Positions 19,864 to 31,864 of a stretch of 59,582 bases of DNA are shown one piece after another. The notes below the pieces were generated by a model. It saw nothing but the letters and a program-made list of their open reading frames with translations, was not told where the DNA came from and did no database searches. Location: positions 1-59,582 of the forward strand of contig JACQCH010000014.1 of NCBI GenBank assembly GCA_016201735.1. Reading direction: 5' to 3'. Each line of letters begins with the position of its first letter. The first letter of the stretch is position 1. The stretch comes from Candidatus Omnitrophota bacterium (GTDB lineage: Bacteria > Omnitrophota > Gorgyraeia > 1-14-0-20-64-10). The position numbers and the translations under genes are program-made.

Positions 19864-20301
19864 ATGCCGCCAGTCAGCCGAAAAGAGGTCAGCGTCGCCG
19901 TTTCCCACCTGATGCCCAACATCATCCGGGGCGTCTCGTTGGATTTCTTTGTCCGGCGGGGCGTGACCCAGACGCAGTTTCTGGTCCTCTTGGCGGTCCA
20001 TTCCTACCAGCGCTGTTCGATGGGAACGCTGGCCCGGAACCTGCGGGTCCGGATGCCGACCGCCACCGGAATCATCGACCGGCTGGTCCGGGACCGGTTC
20101 GTTCATCGGGCCCCTTGTTCGGAAGACCGCCGGCAGGTGTTCGTGGAGCTGACGCCGAAGGGGAAGGATTTCATTCGGCAGTTCCAGGGGGTGATCCGGG
20201 ATCGGTGGGAGGATGTCCTGAAGTCTCTGAGCCCGAAGGAACTGGAGGCCTTCTTCGGGGTCATCACCAAACTCCGCCAACAGCTCCAACCAAATGCGTA
20301 A
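19864..20301 (+). CDS. MarR-family regulator
   Basis: T.TQF.VL, T.T.IIDRL, DRR...V.LT.KG. Confidence 0.9.
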   Translation: MPPVSRKEVSVAVSHLMPNIIRGVSLDFFVRRGVTQTQFLVLLAVHSYQRCSMGTLARNLRVRMPTATGIIDRLVRDRFVHRAPCSEDRRQVFVELTPKGKDFIRQFQGVIRDRWEDVLKSLSPKELEAFFGVITKLRQQLQPNA

Positions 20302-21637
20302 CCCTGTCATTTCGAGGCCGCCAGGCCGAGAAATCCTGTTTTTGAAAGCGAGATCTCTCGTCGCTTCGCTCCTCGAGATGACATTTTTCATCATTCTTAC
20401 CATCTCTGCGCCGTCTTTCGGGGAAGAGCCGAAGAGACAACCCCCCCCGCAGGGGAAGCCGCTGACCCTGAGCGACTGCTACGCGCTGGCCCTTAAAACA
20501 AGCGAGACGATCGCCATCCATCAGGAGCTGATCGCGCAGGCGGAGGCCCGCTTCACCCAGTCCTTAAGCGGGGTTCTCCCTCGGGTCTCCTTCTCTTCCT
20601 CCGACAAGCGGCAGGACGGCAGCGGCAGTTCCGCCTTTACCCTGAAGACGGTGCCGGAGCGGAAATTTGTGATGAGCCAACCCCTCTTCTCCGGCTTCAA
20701 GGAATTCGCCGCGATGGCCGGCACCAAGGCGGAGAAACGTCAGCGGGTCCAGGAAAGGATCCGGGCCGAACAACTTCTCCTTCTCGACGTGGCCGACGCG
20801 TTCACCCTCCTCTTGGAGCAGAGTGAAGATCTTCGGACGCTTGAGACGACCCGGGAAGTCCTGCTGGACCGGATCAATGAGTTAAGGCAGAGGGAGGATC
20901 TGGGCCGTTCCCGTCCCAGTGAGAGGTTGAGCGCTCAGACGCAGGTGTACCGGGTCGAGGCGGAGATGGAACTGGTCCGAAGCCGGGAGACGGCGGCGGC
21001 CCAACTCCTGGAATTTCTCAGCGGGCGGGAACCGATCGGGGAGATCCTCGACACGGAACCGTCCACTCCCGCCGTCGGGGATCGGGAGAGTTACCTGGCC
21101 AAGGCCGGTTCACGTCCCGACGTGCGGGCCGCCGAGGAGGCCATGGAGGTCGCGAAACAACAGGTGCGGGTCGAACAGGGGAAGTACTGGCCGACCGTGG
21201 GATTGGAAGGGAACTATTATGTGGAACGGGTAGGTAATGCCAAGGATGTGACTTGGGACGCAGCGCTCAAAGTGGACGTTCCTTTGTTTGAGGGAGGGCA
21301 GACCCGAGGGGCTGTTCGGCAAGCCGCCTCCCAGGCCGCTCAGGCGAAACTTCAGTTCAGCCAGGAGCGGCGCACGGCCCTGCATGAGATCCGGGACGCC
21401 TACGCCCAGGTTGAAGCTGCTTTGATTCGAAACGCCGCTCTGGGCAGGGCCTTGGAGGCGAGTGAGGAGAGTTACCGGTTCCAGGTCGAGGAATACCGAC
21501 CGAACCTCGTGAATAACCTGGAGGTGCTGCAGGCGATTCGGGAATTTCAGGATGCCCACCGGGACATGATCCACGCCAAGTTCGAATCCCGCCGGCTGGT
21601 TTGGCGCCTGCGGGTCGCCGCCGGAGAAGTTCCATGA
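20294..21637 (+). CDS. TolC-family outer membrane efflux protein
   Basis: LTLSDC..LAL, QPLFSGF, RPDV.AA, VPLFEGG; operon context. Confidence 0.85.
   Translation: MRNPVISRPPGREILFLKARSLVASLLEMTFFIILTISAPSFGEEPKRQPPPQGKPLTLSDCYALALKTSETIAIHQELIAQAEARFTQSLSGVLPRVSFSSSDKRQDGSGSSAFTLKTVPERKFVMSQPLFSGFKEFAAMAGTKAEKRQRVQERIRAEQLLLLDVADAFTLLLEQSEDLRTLETTREVLLDRINELRQREDLGRSRPSERLSAQTQVYRVEAEMELVRSRETAAAQLLEFLSGREPIGEILDTEPSTPAVGDRESYLAKAGSRPDVRAAEEAMEVAKQQVRVEQGKYWPTVGLEGNYYVERVGNAKDVTWDAALKVDVPLFEGGQTRGAVRQAASQAAQAKLQFSQERRTALHEIRDAYAQVEAALIRNAALGRALEASEESYRFQVEEYRPNLVNNLEVLQAIREFQDAHRDMIHAKFESRRLVWRLRVAAGEVP
20305..20383. repeat. GTCA/CGTC-type REP-like palindrome in the tolC 5' end
   Basis: tgtcatttcgag...ctcgagatgaca; related to 45738-45804. 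Confidence 0.7.
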
Positions 21638-24600
21638 CCCTTTCCGACCTGTCGATTAAGAATCCTGTCTTCGCCTGGATGCTGATGGCGGGGCTGATCC
21701 TGTTCGGGATTATCGGCTTCAACCAGATGGGGGTGAGCCAGATGCCGGACGTGGAGTTCCCGGTCATCAACGTCCAGCTCACCTGGGAAGGGGCCGCCCC
21801 GGAGGTGATCGAGTCCGACGTGGTGGACATTGTGGAAGACGCCATCATGTCGGTGCAGGGGATTCGGGACATCTCCTCCACCTCGCGGCAGGGATCGGCC
21901 AGCGTCACCATCGAGTTCGACCTGAACCGTGACATCGACGTCGCCGTCCAGGAAGTGCAGACCAAGATTGCCCAGGCCCAGCGGCGCCTGCCCAACGACA
22001 TCGACCCGCCCATCGTCAGTAAGGTCAATCCTCAGGACAACCCGATCCTGTGGCTGGGGGTCTCCGGCGACATCCCGAAGAAGGAACTGATCGAGTACGT
22101 CCAGAACCATCTCCGGGACAAGTTCCAAACCATCAGCGGCGTGGGAGAGGTGATGCTCGGCGGGTTCGTCGAGCCGAACCTGCGGGTCTGGCTGGATGCC
22201 GAGAAGCTGGAGGCCCTCCAGCTGACCGTGGACGACGTCATCGGCGCCATCCAGAAGGAGCACGCGGAGATGCCGGCCGGCCGGATCGAAACGGGCAAGG
22301 AGGAGTTCAACGTCCGGGCGATGGGGGAGGCCGCCAGCGTTGAGGAGTTCGGCAACATCATCATCGCCCGCCGCGGAGGCCAGCCGGTCTACAAGCCGAT
22401 CTACTTGAAGGATGTCGCCTCCGTTGAGGACGGTCTGGCCGACATCCGCCGGATCGCCCGGATCGGAGGTAAAACCTCGGTGGGAATCGGGATCAAGAAA
22501 CAGCGGGGCGCGAACGAAGTGACCGTGGCCCACAACGTCCTCAAAAAAATGGAGGAGGTTAAGAAACAGCTTCCCAAGGGGATCGAGATCGGCGTCAATT
22601 TCGACCGGACCCGCTTCGTCGAAGATTCCATCCGGGAACTCACCTTCACCCTGATCCTCTCGGCGATCCTCACCTCGATCGTCTGCTGGCTTTTCCTGGG
22701 GTCCTGGAGCGCCACCTTGAACATCCTCATGGCCATCCCCACTTCCATCATCGGCACCTTTATCGCCATGTTCTTCTTCCATTTCACCCTGAACACCTTC
22801 ACCCTGCTCGGGCTGTCCCTGGCCATCGGGATCGTGGTGGACGACGCCATCATGGTGTTGGAGAACATCGTCCGATACCAGGAAAACGGATTGGACCGGG
22901 TGGAAGCGGCTCGAGTGGGGGCCAGGCAGATCACCTTCGCCGCCTTCGCGGCCACACTGGCCATCATCGCCATCTTCCTCCCCGTCGCCTTCATGCAGGG
23001 GATCATCGGCAAGTTCTTCTTCGAGTTCGGCGTGACCATCTCCATCGCCGTGGCCCTCTCGTTGCTCGAGGCCCTCACGCTTGCTCCCATGCGTTGCGCC
23101 CAGTTCCTGCAGGTGGGAGAGCGCCTCGGCCCCATGGGCCGCGCAGTGGATGCCGGGTTCCACGGTCTCTCCCGCGCCTATCGCGCGGCTTTGGGCTGGT
23201 GCCTCAACCACCGGCGGCTGGTTGTTTTAGTCTCCTTGATTTTATTCTTCGGCTCGATCTTCGGGGTGACTCCCCGTCTGCGCCGGGAATTCGTCCCCCC
23301 GCAGGACCAGAGCATGTTCCTCTGCCGCCTGCAGGCGCCCGTCGGCTCTTCCATTGAATTTACCGACGAGCGGTTCAAACAGGCCGAGGCCTTCGCGATG
23401 AGCCGCCCGGAGATCCGGCGCTACTTCGGCGCCATCGGCGGGTTCGGCGGCGGAGAGGTGAACACCGGCATGCTCTTCATGACCTTAAAACCGCCGCGGG
23501 AACGGCCCCTGGTCCCGCCCAACAAAAAACCCCTTACCCAACTGGAGCTGATGAACCTTTTCCGAAAGGAACTGAACAAGATTCCGGACATCCGGGCGAG
23601 AATCCAGGATCTTTCCTTAAGCGGCCTCTCCGCCCAGCGGGGTTTCCCGATCGAGATGACGATCCAGGGCACGGACTGGGAACAGCTCGCCGCCACCTCC
23701 AAGAAGATCCAGGAACAGATGGAGAAAAGCCCGCTCCTCGTGGACGTCGACACCGATTACCTGGAGGGGGTGCGGGAGGTGCGGGTGATCCCGAACCGGA
23801 AGGCCGCCGCCGACCGGGCGGTGAGCGTCGAGACGATCGCCCACACCGTGAACGCAATGATCGGCGGGGAGCGGGTGGCCAAGTACACCCGCGGCGGCCG
23901 GCGCTACGACGTGCGAGTGCGCCTCATCCCGGCTCAGCGCACCCAATCGCAGGATATCGAGAAGCTCTGGGTTTGGAACAACCGGGGGGAAATGGTCCAG
24001 CTCAAGGATCTGGTGACCATCAGCGAGAAGCCCTCGTACCTGTCCATCACCCGCAAGGGGCGGGAGCGGGCCATCAGTATCTTCGCCAACGTCGCGCCCG
24101 GCAAATCACAGGCGATCGCCCTGGAGGAAGCGGAGCGGATCGCCAAAGGGGTTTTGCCGGAGGGCTACCATGTCGTCTTCGGAGGATCCTCGCAGACCTT
24201 CAAGGAATCGTTCCAGTCCCTCCTGTTCGCCCTGTGGCTCGGGATCGCCGTGGCCTACATGGTGCTGGGTTCCCAGTACAACAGCTATCTTCATCCAGTC
24301 ACCGTCCTGCTGGCCTTGCCGTTCAGCGTCACCGGCGCTTTCATCGCCCTGTGGCTGGCGAACCAATCCCTGAATATCTACAGCTACATCGGGCTGATTC
24401 TTTTGATGGGGATCGTGAAGAAGAACTCGATTCTGCTCGTGGACTTTACGAATCAATTGCGCCGGCAGGGCAAGGGAGTCAAGGAAGCCCTTCTGGAGGC
24501 CTGCCCGATCCGGCTGCGTCCTATCCTGATGACCTCCATCTCGACCATTGCCGCTGCCGTCCCGCCCGCCATGGCGTTGGGCCCCGGCGCCGAAACCCGC

Positions 24601-24741
24601 ATTCCGATGGCGATGACCGTGATCGGCGGGATGACCCTCTCAACCCTTCTCACCCTCTTTGTTGTCCCCTGCGCCTACAGTCTCTTCTCCCGCCTCGAGC
24701 GCAAGAAATACCAGGGAGAAACTACTTCGGCTGGGATCTGA
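21634..24741 (+). CDS. RND efflux permease (AcrB/AcrD/AcrF family)
   Basis: SIKNPVFA, AIGIVVDDAI..LENI, GIVKKNSILLVDF, RLRPILMT; ATGA-coupled. Confidence 0.95.
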   Translation: MTLSDLSIKNPVFAWMLMAGLILFGIIGFNQMGVSQMPDVEFPVINVQLTWEGAAPEVIESDVVDIVEDAIMSVQGIRDISSTSRQGSASVTIEFDLNRDIDVAVQEVQTKIAQAQRRLPNDIDPPIVSKVNPQDNPILWLGVSGDIPKKELIEYVQNHLRDKFQTISGVGEVMLGGFVEPNLRVWLDAEKLEALQLTVDDVIGAIQKEHAEMPAGRIETGKEEFNVRAMGEAASVEEFGNIIIARRGGQPVYKPIYLKDVASVEDGLADIRRIARIGGKTSVGIGIKKQRGANEVTVAHNVLKKMEEVKKQLPKGIEIGVNFDRTRFVEDSIRELTFTLILSAILTSIVCWLFLGSWSATLNILMAIPTSIIGTFIAMFFFHFTLNTFTLLGLSLAIGIVVDDAIMVLENIVRYQENGLDRVEAARVGARQITFAAFAATLAIIAIFLPVAFMQGIIGKFFFEFGVTISIAVALSLLEALTLAPMRCAQFLQVGERLGPMGRAVDAGFHGLSRAYRAALGWCLNHRRLVVLVSLILFFGSIFGVTPRLRREFVPPQDQSMFLCRLQAPVGSSIEFTDERFKQAEAFAMSRPEIRRYFGAIGGFGGGEVNTGMLFMTLKPPRERPLVPPNKKPLTQLELMNLFRKELNKIPDIRARIQDLSLSGLSAQRGFPIEMTIQGTDWEQLAATSKKIQEQMEKSPLLVDVDTDYLEGVREVRVIPNRKAAADRAVSVETIAHTVNAMIGGERVAKYTRGGRRYDVRVRLIPAQRTQSQDIEKLWVWNNRGEMVQLKDLVTISEKPSYLSITRKGRERAISIFANVAPGKSQAIALEEAERIAKGVLPEGYHVVFGGSSQTFKESFQSLLFALWLGIAVAYMVLGSQYNSYLHPVTVLLALPFSVTGAFIALWLANQSLNIYSYIGLILLMGIVKKNSILLVDFTNQLRRQGKGVKEALLEACPIRLRPILMTSISTIAAAVPPAMALGPGAETRIPMAMTVIGGMTLSTLLTLFVVPCAYSLFSRLERKKYQGETTSAGI

Positions 24742-25771
24742 TTTCCTGGATCGCTTTCTTCATCCGGAGGAGCCGTTCGGGGGAGGTCGGGTGGGTGTTG
24801 AAGAAGGAGTGGGAGATCGACTGGGGAAGCTCGGTCGCGAACCGGTCCCAGAAATCGACACCCGCTTCGATCCGGTAGCCGGCCCGGTAGGCGTATTTCA
24901 AGCCGACGTAGTCCGCCTCCCGTTCGAAATCCTGCGAGAAGGGAGCTTGAACCCCGGCCGATGCGGCTTGGCCGATTGTTCCGCCAACTCCGGGCAGGAC
25001 AATGTCGATGGCTCCTCCGATGATGTTCCCAAGAAGCCCTGAGACAATACCGGTCCCCATCCCTTTGGCGATGTGCCCTTTGGTCAAGTGGGCCAGCTCA
25101 TGCGCCATCACGACGGCCAGCTCATCATCGGAAACAATGAAGCGAAGCAGGCCGGTGGTTACCACGATCTGCCCGGGGCCCGCGTAGGCGTTCACCTGGG
25201 GGTCGTCCTCTACTTGAAAATGGACCGGATACCGTTTGGATTCGACGGTAAGAGTCCGCTCAAAGCGGACCCCTTCCCGTTCCAGGAGAAGGGAGACGGA
25301 ATCGTTGGGTTTGAACCGGCCAGCCGGTTTGAGCCGGCGAAAGGCGTTGACCGCCTGGTTGACCGAAGGAGTTTCTTTCTCTCCGACCCGAAGCAGGAGA
25401 TCCCCGGGTTTCAATCCGGCTTTGGATGACGGACCGTTGGGGATGACCCCGACAACCAGACAGCCCCTTTTGGATTTGTGATCGGATTCAATCCCGGAGA
25501 CGCCGAAGACCCGGCCGGAGGTCAGCGTCAGATCATCCAGAAGGACTCCGATGTTTGGCTGAGGGTTGCCCGGCTGGATTTCCTGGGGAGGGAGAGCCGC
25601 CACGATCTGCTCGCCGACGATCCGGACCCGGAGCGTCTGATCATAAACGTGCCGCAGGGATTTGACCTGGTAAAATTCCTGGGCCGATTTCACCTCCCCT
25701 TGGTCGATCGGAGCGACGGTGGCGCATCCGGCCAGAAGAAGAGTTGTCATTCCCACGGCTAATTTGGACAT
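24722..25771 (-). CDS. PDZ + M48 metallopeptidase lipoprotein, in frame with mutY
   Basis: Lipobox MSKLAVGMTTLLLAGC, PDZ (SKAGLKPGD), VNAYA, HELAH, EREAD, THP...R. Confidence 0.75.
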   Translation of the reverse strand: MSKLAVGMTTLLLAGCATVAPIDQGEVKSAQEFYQVKSLRHVYDQTLRVRIVGEQIVAALPPQEIQPGNPQPNIGVLLDDLTLTSGRVFGVSGIESDHKSKRGCLVVGVIPNGPSSKAGLKPGDLLLRVGEKETPSVNQAVNAFRRLKPAGRFKPNDSVSLLLEREGVRFERTLTVESKRYPVHFQVEDDPQVNAYAGPGQIVVTTGLLRFIVSDDELAVVMAHELAHLTKGHIAKGMGTGIVSGLLGNIIGGAIDIVLPGVGGTIGQAASAGVQAPFSQDFEREADYVGLKYAYRAGYRIEAGVDFWDRFATELPQSISHSFFNTHPTSPERLLRMKKAIQEIRSQPK

Positions 25772-26797
25772 TCCAGCAGTGAATGCGACTTGGTCCAGTT
25801 TATCCTTGGGAATCCATCGACTCTCTGTATACCAACGGGGGCGGATCCCTCCGCTCCTGCGTCGGCACGCGAAGGCCCGGATCTCCAATTCCCGATGAGA
25901 AAGGGTCTGCCGGATTCGCGCCTTAAATTCTCCCGGTATCACATCGATTCCCAGCCGTTCCCGGAAATTCCGTGTGAGACTTTCGGACTCCGTTTCCTTC
26001 GGTTTTCTCTCCCCGCCGGGGAATTCCCACAAGCCCGGGAGTAGGCCCGACATCGGCCGGCGGGCAAGGAGAACGGCTTCGTTGTCCTCGAGAATTCCGC
26101 ACAGATACCGGATCCTCTTTCTCTCCGGAGTCAGGCGGGGAGGGGGGATTTTTTCTTGAAGCCCCAATTTCCTCGCCCGGCATCCGGAACGGATGGGGCA
26201 GGCCGGGCAGGCGGGGGCGCGGGGTGTGCAGACCAAAGCTCCCAGCTCCATCATCGCCTGATTGAAATCGCCCGGATTCTCCGACGGGACAAGCCGCTGG
26301 GAAAGTTCCCACAGTTTCTTCTGAGTCGGGGCCTCCCGCGGATCCTGCCGGATGCCGAAATACCGGCAGAGAACCCGGATCACATTGCCGTCTAAGATCG
26401 GAGCCGGGCGGTCGTACGCGATGGAGGCGACCGCCCCGGCAGTGTACCGCCCAATGCCGGGGAGTTTAAGAAGCTCACTCGTCTCTCGGGGCAGCCGGCC
26501 GTTGTGCCGGGAAACTATTTCCTGCGCCGCCGAATGGAGATTCTTGGCCCGGAAGTAATATCCAAGGCCCGACCAGGAATCCAGCACCGCCGTCAAGGGA
26601 GCTTTCGCCAGTGTCTCCACACTGGGAAACTTCTTTAGGAATTTCTGATAGTAAGGGATCACCGTCGAGACCTGGGTTTGCTGGAGCATTGTTTCCGAGA
26701 CCCAGATTCGGTAGGGGTCGCGGGTTTTCCTCCAGGGGAGATCCTTCCGGGCGTTTTTTTGGTACCAGGCCGACAGGTTCTTTTGGAAGAGGGTCAT
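25772..26797 (-). CDS. mutY: A/G-specific adenine glycosylase; no stop codon before the M48 region, so the boundary is approximate
   Basis: WVSETMLQQT, WSGLGYY, HhH LPGIGRYTAGA, DGNV.RV, Fe-S C-x6-C-x2-C-x5-C, NUDIX-like GLWEFPGG. Confidence 0.9.
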
Positions 26798-26803
26798 GGC
26801 CTC

Positions 26804-26833
26804 ATTATACAATAGGCCTCATGAGGCCTCATG
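26804..26833. promoter_or_regulatory. Overlapping divergent -10 boxes (TATAAT minus, TACAAT plus) followed by AGGCCTCATG x2
   Basis: Sequence between the mutY and LMF start codons. Confidence 0.55.
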
Positions 26834-28651
26834 CAGCTTAAACCCAGGGAGAAGCCGCTGTTCATTTACGATGGGGACTGCGGTTTCTGCCGCCGCTGGA
26901 TTGCCCGTTGGCAGGCGCTGACGAAGGATCAGATCGAGTACGCCCCCTATCAGGAGACGGCGGCCCAGTTCCCTGAGATTCCCGAGGAGCAGTTCCAGGC
27001 CTCGGTCAAGTTGATCGATACCGACGGCCAACTCTTTTCTGGGGCCGAGGCGATTGTCCGCACGCTGGCCCACGTCCCTGAAAAGAGGTGGCTGCTCCGG
27101 CTTTACAAGGAGCTCCCGGCGGCGGCACCGATCGCGGAGTGGGGCTACCGGATCATCGCCCGGCACCGGGCTCGGCTTTCCCCGCCGCGATGCCCGACCC
27201 CGCCGGAAACCTATTCTGTGAGCCGTTGGATATTCCTCAGGGCGATGGGCCTGATTTATCTGATCGCCTTCGCCTCCCTCTGGGTGCAGGTGGAGGGACT
27301 GCTTGGGCCGCATGGGATCGCGCCGGTCCATGATTTTCTGGAGCTCCTTCGCCGGCAGATGGGACCGGAGCGGTACTGGCTGGTTCCGACCGTTTTCTGG
27401 TTGAACGCCGGCAGCCTGGCTCTGCGCCTGGTCTGCGCCGGCGGCGTTTTCTTCTCCCTGCTTCTTATCGCCAGGATCGCCCCTGCGGCCAGTCTGATCT
27501 TCCTGTGGGCCCTCTACTTGTCTCTGTCCTCGGTCGCTCAGGAATTCTTAAACTTTCAATGGGATGCCCTGCTCCTTGAGACGGGGCTGCTTTCCATCTT
27601 CTTCGCCCTCGCTCCATCGAGGATTGTCTTATGGCTCCTTCGGTGGCTCCTGTTCCGGCTGATCTTTTCCTCCGGCGTCGTGAAACTGGCCAGCGGGGAC
27701 CCGACCTGGGCGAACTTGACCGCCTTGACATTCCATTACCAGACCCAGCCGCTTCCCACATGGATCGGCTGGACCGCGCATCAACTGCCGGTCTGGTTTC
27801 AGAAATTCTCCTGCGGGGTGATGTTCGCCGTCGAGCTGGGAGCGCCGTGGCTGATCCTTGGAGGCCGGCGGCTGCGCCGGATCGGGCTTGCCGCGATCGC
27901 CGCCCTGCAGGGGCTGATCCTGCTCACGGGCAACTACTGCTTCTTCAACTGGCTCACCATCGCCCTGTGCCTCCTGTTCATCGAGGATGCGGCCTGGCTG
28001 CGGCTAGAGGAGGCCGCACCATTTGTATCATGGCCCCGATGGTTCCAAGAGAGGGCGGCAGTAAAGAAACGGCGATGGCCCGGTTGGATCATCCCTCCAG
28101 CGGCTGCGGTCATCTTCCTGGTGAGCTCTTTCCATCTGTTCGGCCTCTTGCGCCGGGACATTGAGTGGCCGGCCGCCGTCTCCGGGTTATCGAATCTTCT
28201 GGCCCCCTATCGCAGCGTGAACAGTTACGGGCTGTTCGCTGTGATGACCACCTCCCGCCCGGAAATCATTGTCGAGGGAAGCCGCGACGGCATCACCTGG
28301 CTGCCGTACGAATTCAAATACAAGCCCGGCGAATTAAAAAGGAAGCCGGCCTTTGTCGCTCCCTACCAACCCCGGCTGGACTGGCAGCTCTGGTTTGCCG
28401 CTTTAAGCCGGGTCCAGGATAATCCCTGGTTCTTAAGCTTCTGCGTCCGCCTGCTGGAGGGATCACCCCAGGTGCTGGCCCTGCTGAAGACCAACCCTTT
28501 TCCGGAGAAACCGCCCCGGTACATTCGGGCGGTACTGTACGATTACCGCTTCACCGATCTCTCCGGCCGACGCGCCACCGGTCAATGGTGGCGGCGGGAA
28601 TTTAAGGGAGTGTATTGTCCGGTCTTGTCTTTGAGATCAGAAACTCCATGA
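26831..28651 (+). CDS. DCC1-like thiol-disulfide domain fused to lipase maturation factor (LMF1) family protein
   Basis: YDGDCGFC; FQWDALLLETG, SGVVK, HYQTQPLP, TGNY.FFN, YGLFAVMT, YEFKYKPG, PRLDWQ.WFAAL. Confidence 0.88.
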   Translation: MQLKPREKPLFIYDGDCGFCRRWIARWQALTKDQIEYAPYQETAAQFPEIPEEQFQASVKLIDTDGQLFSGAEAIVRTLAHVPEKRWLLRLYKELPAAAPIAEWGYRIIARHRARLSPPRCPTPPETYSVSRWIFLRAMGLIYLIAFASLWVQVEGLLGPHGIAPVHDFLELLRRQMGPERYWLVPTVFWLNAGSLALRLVCAGGVFFSLLLIARIAPAASLIFLWALYLSLSSVAQEFLNFQWDALLLETGLLSIFFALAPSRIVLWLLRWLLFRLIFSSGVVKLASGDPTWANLTALTFHYQTQPLPTWIGWTAHQLPVWFQKFSCGVMFAVELGAPWLILGGRRLRRIGLAAIAALQGLILLTGNYCFFNWLTIALCLLFIEDAAWLRLEEAAPFVSWPRWFQERAAVKKRRWPGWIIPPAAAVIFLVSSFHLFGLLRRDIEWPAAVSGLSNLLAPYRSVNSYGLFAVMTTSRPEIIVEGSRDGITWLPYEFKYKPGELKRKPAFVAPYQPRLDWQLWFAALSRVQDNPWFLSFCVRLLEGSPQVLALLKTNPFPEKPPRYIRAVLYDYRFTDLSGRRATGQWWRREFKGVYCPVLSLRSETP

Positions 28652-28666
28652 TAAAATTGTCTTACC

Positions 28667-30594
<1,928 letters not shown>

Positions 30595-30598
<4 letters not shown>

Positions 30599-31593
30599 GA
30601 CTCGCGAATCGCCAGCCCCCCTTCCGCCCGAGCGGGTGGTGCCGGGGGCCGCATGCCCAGACGATCTGGGGATCGATCCTGCGTCCTGCTCCACGGGTCC
30701 TCCTTCGGCGGGAACGATGGGAGACGCCGGACGGGGATTTCGTCGACGTCGACTGGACTCCGGGGCCCCCGATGGCTCCCATCCTGATCGTCCTTCCCGG
30801 TCTGGAGGGGTCCTCCCAATCGAAACCGGTGATGGGTCTTTTGGCGGCGGCCTACCGGAAGGGATGGCGCGGCCTGGGGGTGAATTTCCGCTCCTGCAGC
30901 GGAGAGCCGAATCGCCTGCGCCGCTCTTACCACGGCGGAGAAACCTCCGATTTGAGATGGATCATCAGCCGGCTTATTCAGGAAAACCCACGGAGGCCTC
31001 TTCTCTGCGCCGGGATCTCCCTCGGCGGGAACATTCTGCTGAAATATCTCGGTGAGGAAGGGGAAGCCCTTCCCGAGCAGGTCCGGGGCGCCGCCGCCAT
31101 CTCGGCCCCTTTCGACCTGAAGGCTTCAGCCCTTTATCTCGGAAAGGGATTCAGCCGGGTCTACATGAGGCGGCTTGTCAGGAGCCTGAAGGGAAAAGCT
31201 CTGGCTAAGTTGGAACGATACCCGGGTCTGGCCGATCGGCGGAAACTCCTTTCCGTGCGCACCTTGAAGGAATTTGATGATCTGGTAACGGGGCCTGTTC
31301 ACGGGTTCCGGGATGCGCAAGCCTACTGGGCCGCTTCCAGCTCGGCTCAGTTCCTTTCCGAGATCCGCCGGCCGGTTCTTCTTATCAACGCCAGGGACGA
31401 TCCGTTCCTGCCGGAGCAGGCCCTCCCGGAGAAGGAGGTATCCGACAATCATTTCATCACGGCTGAGTTTCCAAAGAAGGGGGGACACGTCGGTTTTCTC
31501 TCCGGCCGCTGGCCGGGCCGGCCGATCCCCTGGGCAGAGATCCAAGCTATCCGTTTTTTGGAAGAGTCTCTTGGGTCTTCGCAAGGAGGGTAA
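30595..31593 (+). CDS. YheT-like alpha/beta hydrolase
   Basis: H.QTI, DGDF, GLEG, YHGG, GISLGGN, DDPF, GGHVGF. Confidence 0.88.
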
Positions 31594-31840
31594 CTTCTAG
31601 AGAAGTCGTCTGCCACCAGAGCCATCGCCCGATCGGCCCCGCCCAAGCGACCCACCAGAACCGGAGCCGGCTCGTCGCCCGGTACCGGGTATTGCACCGG
31701 ACGCAGTAGCAGGTGATTCCAAGATTTTGAAGAAGGCCCTTCGTGAATCGGACCGTCAAGGGGGTGGCGGTGAGCAGCCGCGCGCCGCAGGAGGGACACC
31801 GGCGAAAGGTCCGGTAAAACTGATAAGGCTGAACGCTCAT
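31547..31840 (-). CDS. Small putative zinc-ribbon membrane-associated protein
   Basis: CPSC and CVRC pairs; ATGA-coupled to the FAD oxidase gene. Confidence 0.5.
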   Translation of the reverse strand: MSVQPYQFYRTFRRCPSCGARLLTATPLTVRFTKGLLQNLGITCYCVRCNTRYRATSRLRFWWVAWAGPIGRWLWWQTTSLEVTLLAKTQETLPKNG

Positions 31841-31864
31841 GGTGAGTTTATCGAACCATGAGCG
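31834..31864. repeat. Single REP-like unit supplying the ATGA junction at 31837-31840
   Basis: cgctcatggtgagtttatcgaaccatgagcg, same family as 33281-33345. Confidence 0.65.

Noticed and set aside
21547-23211. 554-aa minus-strand ORF, and similar long ORFs at 41092-42093, 42671-44071, 42766-43755 and 48587-49648
   Set aside because: Antisense or alternate-frame shadows of clearly identified genes in GC-rich DNA; no motifs.
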